NCBI GenBank assembly: GCA_052390235.1
Contig: JBQTHB010000002.1
Location: forward strand, 256,001-320,000
Length of the DNA stretch: 64,000 nt
Source: Deltaproteobacteria bacterium
Lineage (GTDB): Bacteria > Desulfobacterota_D > UBA1144 > Nemesobacterales > CSP1-2
Direction of reading: 5' to 3'
Below the pieces are notes generated by a model. It had not been told where the DNA came from and ran no database searches. It worked only from the letters and a program-made list of their open reading frames with translations. The translations under genes and the position numbers were made by a program. Positions 29,655-37,644 of the stretch are shown in pieces (the stretch's first letter is position 1; each line of letters starts with the position of its first letter).

Positions 29655-30765
29655 AACAGGCCTTGAGAAATAATAAATCTCTAATGTAGTGAGCTTTGTC
29701 CGATAGCGAAGTTAGAGGGATGCTATCCTCCGTCCACAGAGGAATTATTTTATCCAGCGCGGTGTCAATAGATTTTATAAGCTCGTCGTAGGAGTCGAAG
29801 ATAAAATTAACCCCCGACAGAGCGCATTTCTCGTTGAGCAGCTTGACATTTGAGTGTTGAGTAAAACACATAACCTCAAGCTCAAGGCTCGCAGTAGCAT
29901 AAGAAATCCATAAATCGTCCCAGTTCTCTATCCTATCAACAATCTTTGAAACTGATTTTAATACCTCATTGTCATTCCCGCCTGTCCACTCAAACAACGA
30001 CCCGACTATTTCATCCGTTCCATAAGCCATTTTCAGGTAGATGTTCTCTCTTATCTTAATTCCATTACTCATTTCGGCAAAGAACTCGTCCCTACTCACC
30101 TCAGTAAAATCCTTGAGCGAGGAGTACATTTTCTCGATAGTGGAGCGCTTTTGCTGAGAGTCCCGCGCGTCCCATATACAAACCAAATACAGTATTTCAC
30201 TCCGAGGGGTTTTATTAATCCTCAGAAGCCCCCTTAACATATCCACCAAAGAACCCTTAGCCGTAGTTCCGCCCGTGTCGTCTCTTGAGCGTAGTTGGAC
30301 AATAATCGCCTTGTTATCGGACGAATTTACCCCCATTACGTCAACATCCAAATTTGGCGCTTTGGCGTTGAACATCTCGGTTAGAATAGATCGAACGTCG
30401 GAGATTTTACTCGGAACTATATCGCAATTGCCATGTTTGCAAATAATAGTTCTCAACATCTCTTCAAGAACCTTGCCCTGTCTCGCTCTGTATGAGCTAT
30501 GGAAGTATTGGTGAAATGAAAACATATAGGGGTAGTACAAAGCAAGAGAATATGATGTACCCAGATTCCGCGCTCTTGTTATGCCGGCTACAAATCTTTT
30601 TATATCATCTAGCGAATCCCTTAGAGAACCTAAATTCTCATCGAATAGATGCTTAATAATATCCGACGCAAGCCCCATAGGGCTTTTTAGAATGTTCTTT
30701 ACGAGACGGTTCTCTTCGGTATCGTCAATCAAGTGCAGAAATATTCTCTCTTGATACATTTCCAC
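29635..30765 (-). CDS. Putative type II restriction endonuclease
   Basis: Overlaps MTase start, AT-rich; E..(LEE)...DVD...VQLRS arrangement suggests a PD-(D/E)xK variant. Confidence 0.6.
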   Translation of the reverse strand: MEMYQERIFLHLIDDTEENRLVKNILKSPMGLASDIIKHLFDENLGSLRDSLDDIKRFVAGITRARNLGTSYSLALYYPYMFSFHQYFHSSYRARQGKVLEEMLRTIICKHGNCDIVPSKISDVRSILTEMFNAKAPNLDVDVMGVNSSDNKAIIVQLRSRDDTGGTTAKGSLVDMLRGLLRINKTPRSEILYLVCIWDARDSQQKRSTIEKMYSSLKDFTEVSRDEFFAEMSNGIKIRENIYLKMAYGTDEIVGSLFEWTGGNDNEVLKSVSKIVDRIENWDDLWISYATASLELEVMCFTQHSNVKLLNEKCALSGVNFIFDSYDELIKSIDTALDKIIPLWTEDSIPLTSLSDKAHYIRDLLFLKACYEKLSN

Positions 30766-30794
30766 ATCACCGGACAGTAGCTTTTATTTGAACC

Positions 30795-30859
30795 CTACAT
30801 TAAACATGGGTTAGATGCAATTGCTCCCCTTGGTTCTTGCCATATCCCCGCTGAATTAT
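30795..30859 (+). repeat. 65-bp direct repeat, copy 1
   Basis: Matches 31680-31744 with 4 mismatches. Confidence 0.9.
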
Positions 30860-31005
30860 TGAATCCTCGCTGGTTCAGTTCATCTCACAGAGGTTTGTTA
30901 TGCTAGGCACATTCGCTGTAGTTTACGCGGCGCCGCGTCGAAGCGCTCGGTGTAAACCAAACCCTGCAGCATAACAATAGGGGCTTGAGATAGCTTCAAA
31001 TAATT

Positions 31006-31302
31006 CTAAGCAGGCGTTCCCTCCCATTGTCGGGCGCGTTTCTGCCAAGCCTCGGCGTACTTGTGCCAGCTGTGCAATGTCTCCGGGTCAAAATCTGCTC
31101 CATTTGGCCAAACCAGCGTTTGCACTTCGGCGTCAATCCGCACTTGATTAAATAGGGACAAATCCCTCAATGGTTTGTATAGCTCTCCTGCCAGAATGGG
31201 CTGAAAATCTATGGTCTGCGTCGTATTGTCGTCGAATAGAATTTTTAATGTGTACGGCGCAACAATTTCAAACGATTGAACGCGGAAGATTTGGTGCGGC
31301 AT
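31006..31302 (-). CDS. DUF2442 family protein (TA-like module partner)
   Basis: LKILFDD...IDF...LFNQVRID...TLVWPNGADFDPETL. Confidence 0.88.
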   Translation of the reverse strand: MPHQIFRVQSFEIVAPYTLKILFDDNTTQTIDFQPILAGELYKPLRDLSLFNQVRIDAEVQTLVWPNGADFDPETLHSWHKYAEAWQKRARQWEGTPA

Positions 31303-31317
31303 TTCCCCCCCCTTTTT

Positions 31318-31575
31318 TTATCTGAGAGGCGAAATTGGTAGAGGCGGCTCGCCAGCTTGCAGCCTTTGCCAAGCGTATAATAACTCTGTTTGACGCAGCT
31401 AAGCCCACGCTTCAACCAATCGGCGCTGACGTTTCGACAGTGTTCCCGATAACAAATCCACTGGCTCAACGCCAAAAACCGCTGCCTCATTTTGGTAGTA
31501 AGCATGGAAGTGAGGCGCGTCTAACTCGGCATACATACGGATAATTATCCCGAAAAAACGGCTGATTTCCGACAT
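31318..31575 (-). pseudogene. DUF4160 family gene interrupted by in-frame TAG
   Basis: Manual translation MSEISRFFGIIIRMYAELDAPHFHAYY...RRLVEAWA*LRQTELLYAWQRLQAGEPPLPISPLR; TAG at 31399-31401; absent from the ORF track. Confidence 0.85.
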
Positions 31576-31679
31576 ACGTTTGTTTTACTCAAAGCCACGA
31601 CTAAGTAATAAGTTTTTTTTGCTTAATGGAGTACAGAACTGTCAATTCTTCGGAAATCCTATTGCACTGTTTGCTAGCT

Positions 31680-31744
31680 CTACATTAAACCTAGGTTAGA
31701 TGCAATTGCTCCCTCTGGTTCTTGCCATATCCCCGCTGAATTAT
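31680..31744 (+). repeat. 65-bp direct repeat, copy 2 (overlaps alr promoter)
   Basis: Contains TTGCCA, followed after 16 nt by TATAAT, just upstream of alr. Confidence 0.9.
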
Positions 31745-31759
31745 ATAATTACCCCCGCG

Positions 31760-32851
31760 ATGAGACCCACCTGGGCTGAGATAGACATATCCGCCTTAAA
31801 ATCCAATTTCCGCCGCGTTAGGGAGCGCGCGGGCAGAGGGGTTTGTGTGCTTTGCGTAGTCAAGGCGGATGCCTACGGGCACGGCGCTGTGCAGGTTGCA
31901 AAAGCCCTTGTCCGCGAAGGGGCCGATATGCTCGGCGTGGCGACAATCGCCGAGGCGCTGGAACTCAGAGATTCAGGCATTAGCTCTCCGCTCGTTCTGC
32001 TCGGAGGGGTGTTGCCCGAAGACGCCCCGTTTGTCGTCAAGGCGGATTTAACACCCGCTCTCTTCTCGGCGGCTTCGGCTAGGAGTCTGTCCGCCGCCGC
32101 CCATAAATTTGGGAAAATTGTGAAATATCATCTAAAAATTGATACCGGCATGAATAGGCTCGGCGTCTGTACTGACGGAGTCGCGCGGCTTATCTCGGAA
32201 ATTGGCAATCTCCCGAATATTGAAATGGAGGGGGTTTTTACCCATTTCTCGCACGCTGACTCCACAAACCGCGATTTTACCCTTCGGCAGATTTCACTAT
32301 TCGAGACTGAACTGTCTGCCCTAAAGAAGCGCGGGTTCAATCCCCTATATATTCACCTCGCCAACAGTGCCGCGGCACTGAGATTTCCCGAAGCCCACGG
32401 CAATTTGGTGCGCCCCGGGATTATGCTCTACGGCGGCGGCGGAGCGGAGCTTCAGCCGGTTATGAGGTTTAAAACGCGCGTGATACAGCTCAAATCCATC
32501 CCCGCGGGGGCTTCCGTGAGCTACGGCGGCACTTTCTCCGCCTCGAGACCGAGCGTGATTGCTGTGCTACCCGTGGGGTATGCCGACGGCTACATGAGGC
32601 GGCTGTCCAACCGCGCTAGGGTCTCGATAAACGGTCGGCTCGCCCCTGTGGTAGGCGCGGTGTGCATGGATTTAATCATGATTGACGTTACGGACGTTCC
32701 GATGGTTAAAGAGGGGGACGAGGTTACGCTCTTTGGCGATGAGCTGGTCTCAGCGTGGGATGTCGCCTCGTGGGCGGATACGATTTCCTATGAGATTTTC
32801 ACCTCAGTTGGCAGGCGAGTGCCTAGGGTTTACACATCGGGCGGGGATTGA
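31760..32851 (+). CDS. alr: Alanine racemase
   Basis: VVKADAYGHG, HLKIDTGMNRLG, VRPGIMLYG, GYADG, VCMD, TISYEI. Confidence 0.97.
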   Translation: MRPTWAEIDISALKSNFRRVRERAGRGVCVLCVVKADAYGHGAVQVAKALVREGADMLGVATIAEALELRDSGISSPLVLLGGVLPEDAPFVVKADLTPALFSAASARSLSAAAHKFGKIVKYHLKIDTGMNRLGVCTDGVARLISEIGNLPNIEMEGVFTHFSHADSTNRDFTLRQISLFETELSALKKRGFNPLYIHLANSAAALRFPEAHGNLVRPGIMLYGGGGAELQPVMRFKTRVIQLKSIPAGASVSYGGTFSASRPSVIAVLPVGYADGYMRRLSNRARVSINGRLAPVVGAVCMDLIMIDVTDVPMVKEGDEVTLFGDELVSAWDVASWADTISYEIFTSVGRRVPRVYTSGGD

Positions 32852-32983
32852 GCTGGGGGCTGGGGCGCGCATTCTGGGAGTTTTAGATGATACCGATGTA
32901 CTCGTACCCTGTTAATTCTGCGTTAGAAATTAATATTGTTTTAACTGGATTTTTCGCGAGTTACTGGCTAAATTTAATTTCAG

Positions 32984-34945
32984 ATGCGCGCCGTTCCCAT
33001 TGCACTTGCTCTCCTGTTGCTGATTTTAGCGGTTTATCTGGTGCCGTCCCGATTCGCCGCCGCCTCGGAATCCCTCGCCGATGATATTGCGCCCCCCTCT
33101 GAAAATGCCCTCGCTGATGAGACTCCATCTGAGGCTGAGGCCAATCCCGCCGCCGTCCCGTTCACCCAATCGCCGCCCGAGCAAGAAATTGAATCGCCAT
33201 TTGCTAAGCCAATCTCCGATGTGGAAAGCCCCTCGGACACTGAGCCGGACCCTCCTCCGGCATCTGAGGAATCTCCCGAAATCCTAGAGTCAGACACCGA
33301 CGATGATATTGCGCACCCGTCTGAGAATGCCCTCGCTGATGAGACTCCATCTGAGGCTGAAGCCAATCCCGCCGCCGTCCCATTCACCGAATCGCCATTT
33401 GCTAAGCCAATCTCCGATGTGCAAAGCCCCTCAGACACTGAGCCGGACCCTCCTCCGGCATCTGAGCAATCCGCCGAATTAGATACTGCCCCCCCTCAAC
33501 CCGCCGAGGGCATCGCCCCCGAAATCCTAGAGTCAGACCCCGCAGATGCGCCCTCGGCTGACCCCGCAACTGAACCCCTCGCCGGAGAGGAAAATCGCTT
33601 TGAGCTGTCCCCTTTTTTCACCTCATCCGAGTCGGGGAGCGTCTCTGAATTCGGAGTGCGCCCGTTTTTCTACTGGCTCCGGGACGAGGAGCGAGACTCC
33701 GAGGAACTCGATGTTCTCTACCCGCTTGCCACCTACGACAGGCGGGAGGACGCGAGGAGCTACCAGTTTCTGTTCTATATGCTCTCCTATTATTCCAATT
33801 TGACGCCGAGCGGTTTTCAGGAGAGCAAATTCACATTATTCCCGCTTGTATTCTCAAAGCGCGCCGAAGAGGCGGATAAGAGCTATTTCGCTCTTTTCCC
33901 GATATACGGGCGACTCAAAGAGCGATTCGCCAGGGACGAGATAAATTTCTACCTCTTCCCGCTCTACCTTGAGACGCGCAGTGGGGACGCGGTGAACTAC
34001 AGCTTCCTGTGGCCGCTTTTTGGCTATTACACCGGCGGCGGGCAGGAGGGGGTTCGCCTCTGGCCCATCTACGGGTACAGAAAAAAAGAGGGCGCGCTGG
34101 ATGAGAAATTTGCCCTCTGGCCCATTTTTATCTCTAAGAAGACCGTATCCTTCGGCGAGGAGACGGCGTCATTTTCCGTTTTCCCGCTCTATCTGACAAA
34201 GGAATCCCGGAATAAGACTCAGACCACTTACCTCTGGCCATTTATTAATCACCAAGTGGACAGGAAAAAAGGCACGGAGCGCTGGGACCTGCCATGGCCC
34301 TTTGTGAATTTCACGCGCGGGGCTAAGACCGAGACAAGGGTGTTCCCGTTCTACGGCAGTGAGGTTGACGGCGGCGATGAAGACGGCTTCTACCTCTGGC
34401 CCATTTACAGATATTCTAAATTAAACCTCGAGGACAACCTGCGCACGAGAAAAAATATCCTCCTCTTTCTATACTCGGACATCGAAGAAGAGCCGCTCAT
34501 CGAGGGCGGACGGGCGAGGAGGCGAATTGACCTGTGGCCCCTTTTCACGTATAACAGGGACAGGGACGGCAATAGGAGTTTCCATCTCATCTCGCCGATA
34601 GAGCCGTTTATAGCAGACAGCCGGGGGATTGAGAGAAATTACGCCCCCTTTTGGAGGCTCTATCAGTGGCGCAAATCCCCTGACGGCGCAAGCTCAAGCT
34701 CCGCCCTTTGGAACGCCTATCGGATGGAAAAGAACGAGGGCGGCAGGAGAATTGAGCTAAAACCCCTTCTGCCGATATTCTCATATAATCAATCCGAGGG
34801 GCAAGGCTCGGCGTATGACATTTTCGGAGGGCTTTTTGGCTATAAATCTACGCCTGAGGGGAGGGCCGTGAAACTGTTTTTTTATGATGTTAATATCTCG
34901 GTCAACGATACATCAGGGGTAAGGAGGCTCAACGGTGATGAGTAG
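32984..34945 (+). CDS. Exported protein with acidic Pro-rich duplicated N-terminus and aromatic (W/F)P(L/F/I) repeat domain
   Basis: Signal peptide; many FPL/WPL/WPF/YPL repeats; overlaps mlaE start. Confidence 0.7.
   Translation: MRAVPIALALLLLILAVYLVPSRFAAASESLADDIAPPSENALADETPSEAEANPAAVPFTQSPPEQEIESPFAKPISDVESPSDTEPDPPPASEESPEILESDTDDDIAHPSENALADETPSEAEANPAAVPFTESPFAKPISDVQSPSDTEPDPPPASEQSAELDTAPPQPAEGIAPEILESDPADAPSADPATEPLAGEENRFELSPFFTSSESGSVSEFGVRPFFYWLRDEERDSEELDVLYPLATYDRREDARSYQFLFYMLSYYSNLTPSGFQESKFTLFPLVFSKRAEEADKSYFALFPIYGRLKERFARDEINFYLFPLYLETRSGDAVNYSFLWPLFGYYTGGGQEGVRLWPIYGYRKKEGALDEKFALWPIFISKKTVSFGEETASFSVFPLYLTKESRNKTQTTYLWPFINHQVDRKKGTERWDLPWPFVNFTRGAKTETRVFPFYGSEVDGGDEDGFYLWPIYRYSKLNLEDNLRTRKNILLFLYSDIEEEPLIEGGRARRRIDLWPLFTYNRDRDGNRSFHLISPIEPFIADSRGIERNYAPFWRLYQWRKSPDGASSSSALWNAYRMEKNEGGRRIELKPLLPIFSYNQSEGQGSAYDIFGGLFGYKSTPEGRAVKLFFYDVNISVNDTSGVRRLNGDE
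33079..33538 (+). repeat. Intragenic tandem duplication (about 222-bp period)
   Basis: 33079-33300 and 33301-33538 are near-identical apart from in-frame indels. Confidence 0.9.
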
Positions 34946-35705
34946 TATGACCTCGTTTTTTCAGACCACTGGGGAGATTATAAAATTATTTATCGAGAGC
35001 CTCTACTGGTGCAAAACCGCCCTGAGAAACCGCGCTATGGTGTTTGCCCAGATGAGAGAAATTGGCAACAACACCCTGCCTGTAGCCGCGCTGATTTCGG
35101 TTTTCATCGGCGGAGTGCTTGCCCTTCAGTCGGGGCCCACGCTCGCGCTCTTCGGGATAGAGGAGAATATTGGGGGCATCGTCGGGCTTTCAATGGTCAG
35201 AGAACTTGGCCCTGTGATGGCGTCAATTCTCGTCGCTGGCAGGGTTGGCTCGGCAATGACCGCGGAGATTGCCTCGATGAGCGTGTATCAGGAAATTGAC
35301 GCGCTTCGGACGATGAACATCAATCCCGTGCGCTTTCTCGTGATGCCCAGATTCCTCGCAAGCCTCGTAATCCTGCCAATTCTGGTCGTTTATATGTACG
35401 TTATCGGGTGGTTCGGCGGGGCTGTAGTTGCCTCGGTAAACCCGGAAATAGGCGTCTCGATGACGGTATTCTACAGGAATCTCTCGGAGTTTATCGAGTT
35501 TTCGGACGTTATAAACGGGCTGGTTAAGTCGGCAGTGTTCGGTATTATAATCTCGACGGTCTGCTGTTATGTGGGGCTGCGAACGAGGGGCGGCCCTAGG
35601 GAGATTGGAATCTCGGTTACGAGGGCGGTGGTGCTGTCTTTTGTATTAATCTTGGTGTTTGATTATTTTATTACTAGGGCGCTCATGATACTCAATATTC
35701 AGTAG
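34935..35705 (+). CDS. mlaE: MlaE family ABC permease
   Basis: RELGPV, AGRVGSAMTAEI, EIDALRTM, LVMPR. Confidence 0.93.
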   Translation: MMSSMTSFFQTTGEIIKLFIESLYWCKTALRNRAMVFAQMREIGNNTLPVAALISVFIGGVLALQSGPTLALFGIEENIGGIVGLSMVRELGPVMASILVAGRVGSAMTAEIASMSVYQEIDALRTMNINPVRFLVMPRFLASLVILPILVVYMYVIGWFGGAVVASVNPEIGVSMTVFYRNLSEFIEFSDVINGLVKSAVFGIIISTVCCYVGLRTRGGPREIGISVTRAVVLSFVLILVFDYFITRALMILNIQ

Positions 35706-35744
35706 AGGTTGCTTTAATCTGAGCATGAGGCGAGGATATGGGCG

Positions 35745-36536
35745 TTGAATATAAATATGACGACTAAAAGAGACATTCCCGTAAATTATGTACAGAACTC
35801 CCCCGTCGAGGTGCAAATCGCGGGGCTTGCGAAATCCTTCGGGGCGAATCGAGTCCTCAACGGGGTGAATCTCGAGATAAAGCCCGCCGAAACCATGGTC
35901 ATCCTCGGCAAAAGCGGTTCGGGCAAGAGCGTGCTTCTGCGCCATATCATCGGGCTTGAGAAGCCGGACTCCGGCGAAATTCTCATCGGCGGGATTGACG
36001 CAGGCAGCCCGCGCCTTCGGGAGGCGCACAGGCTCGCTATGGTGTTTCAGTCCTCGGCGCTATTTAACTCCCTATCCGTGAAAGAGAACGTAGCCCTATA
36101 CCTGAGGGAAAATGCCATATTTGCCGACGAGGACAGGATTGGGCAAGTCGTCTCAAACGCCCTTTCCATTGTGGGGCTTGAGGGAAAAGAGGCGGTGATG
36201 CCCTCAGACCTCAGCGGCGGGATGAGAAAGCGCGTCGCCATAGCTAGGGCGCTTGTGATGAGTCCCGACCTGATTCTCTTTGATGAGCCTACGGCAGAGC
36301 TTGACCCGCTTCTCACCAGGAGCATTGGCGACGTAATCCTGGGGCTCAGAGACCACGTAGAGGTTACGCAAATTGTCGTAACCCACGACATTGACCTCGC
36401 CTTTTACATCGCCGATAGAATCGCCCTCATCAACGAGGGCAGGATAGTCGAGGTTGCAGAGCCGAGGGATTTTAAAATCAGCCAAAACCCCGTCGCAAGG
36501 GCTTTTATACAGCCTCAATTTGAACGCGCATTATAG
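35745..36536 (+). CDS. mlaF: MlaF family ABC ATPase
   Basis: GKSGSGKS, FQSSALF, LSGGMRKRVAIARA, DEPT, VTHD; start codon uncertain. Confidence 0.9.
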   Translation: MNINMTTKRDIPVNYVQNSPVEVQIAGLAKSFGANRVLNGVNLEIKPAETMVILGKSGSGKSVLLRHIIGLEKPDSGEILIGGIDAGSPRLREAHRLAMVFQSSALFNSLSVKENVALYLRENAIFADEDRIGQVVSNALSIVGLEGKEAVMPSDLSGGMRKRVAIARALVMSPDLILFDEPTAELDPLLTRSIGDVILGLRDHVEVTQIVVTHDIDLAFYIADRIALINEGRIVEVAEPRDFKISQNPVARAFIQPQFERAL

Positions 36537-36550
36537 AGGAGGTCGCAGCA

Positions 36551-37546
36551 ATGAGTTCAGAAGTGAAAGTAGGCATATTTGTCGTAGTGGGTCTCGCCGT
36601 GCTACTGGCCGTATTTGAATTCGTGGGAGAGATTCCGTTTCTCACGAAGGACTATACGCTGAAAACCTATTTCCAATCCGTAGGGGAGCTTCGCGAGGGC
36701 AATCCCGTGAAACTCTCAGGGGTTGAGGTGGGCAAGGTCTCGAAAATCGCAATTGAAGACAGTAAAATTGCCGTTACGGCAAAGGTCAAAGAGGGGTTTA
36801 TGGTCAAGCAGGACTCGGTTGCCTCGGTGAGGCTCACCAGCCTTCTAGGCACGAGCTATCTGCATATCACGTTCGGCTCTCCCGATAGCCCCGCCGCTCA
36901 GGATAGTTTCGTCCTCAAGAGCGAGGAGCCAGCGGACATCAATCAGATTCTCGCCAAAGTGGAGTCCTCGATAAGCTCGATTCAATCCGCCTTCAGCGGC
37001 TTTGATGCCCTCGGAGGGATTGACAAGGACAAAGTGGCGAGCATAATTGACAACCTCGACAAAGTCCTCGCGGGAGCCGAGAGGGGCGAAGGCACATTCG
37101 GCAAACTACTCAAGGACGACGCCCTCTACAACGAGGCAAAAGAGGCCCTCTCGAATATTAACAGAGTCGCCGCCGCAATAAATCAGGGCAAAGGCACTCT
37201 AGGCAAACTCATAAGCGACGACTCGCTCTATGTCGAAACCAAAAAAACCATGGAAAACCTAGGGCAGGTCGCATCAAAGCTCAATCAATCCGAAGGCACT
37301 TTGGGGAAACTCCTCAAAGACGACACGCTCTACAACGAGGTTACGGGAGCGGCTACGAGCCTCAACAAAATACTGAAAAAAGTGGAGAGGGGCGAAGGCA
37401 CTTTGGGGAAACTCGTGGTTGACGACTCGCTCTATTTCGATACGAAAAACGCGGTAAAAAAGGTCGAAAAATCCGTCGAGATTCAAGAAGACCTAGCCCC
37501 GCTGAACACGCTTGGGGCGGCATTTGGCATTCTCACTTTATTCTAA
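36551..37546 (+). CDS. mlaD: MlaD/MCE protein with long helical repeat tail
   Basis: EVKVGIFV TM anchor, MCE domain (GNPVKLSGVEVGKV, SLLG), four GT(L/F)GKLxxDDxLY repeats. Confidence 0.9.
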   Translation: MSSEVKVGIFVVVGLAVLLAVFEFVGEIPFLTKDYTLKTYFQSVGELREGNPVKLSGVEVGKVSKIAIEDSKIAVTAKVKEGFMVKQDSVASVRLTSLLGTSYLHITFGSPDSPAAQDSFVLKSEEPADINQILAKVESSISSIQSAFSGFDALGGIDKDKVASIIDNLDKVLAGAERGEGTFGKLLKDDALYNEAKEALSNINRVAAAINQGKGTLGKLISDDSLYVETKKTMENLGQVASKLNQSEGTLGKLLKDDTLYNEVTGAATSLNKILKKVERGEGTLGKLVVDDSLYFDTKNAVKKVEKSVEIQEDLAPLNTLGAAFGILTLF

Positions 37547-37644
37547 GGCGCGGCTCTGGGAGGGGGGATTGCCAAGCGCGGCGTATCCCCGTTTCCCGCT
37601 CTCCATCGGAGCAAGGGGGGGGCAGGCTGAGATAATGGGCTGTC

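Noticed and set aside
31245..31505. 86-aa ORF from the track
   Set aside because: Wrong frame; the real gene is the interrupted DUF4160 at 31318-31575
30795..31744. Integron (attI/attC) interpretation of GTTAGAT and GTTATGC boxes
   Set aside because: No integrase, boxes are in the wrong order for attC, and genes are on the opposite strand to that expected
26546..31744. tRNA-anchored integrative element or prophage
   Set aside because: No integrase and no duplicated tRNA 3' end found
37580..37593. Self-targeting by spacer 45814-45850 (GGCGTATCCCCGTT match)
   Set aside because: Only 14 nt; about one or two such matches are expected by chance given total spacer and window length. No full self-match was seen by eye
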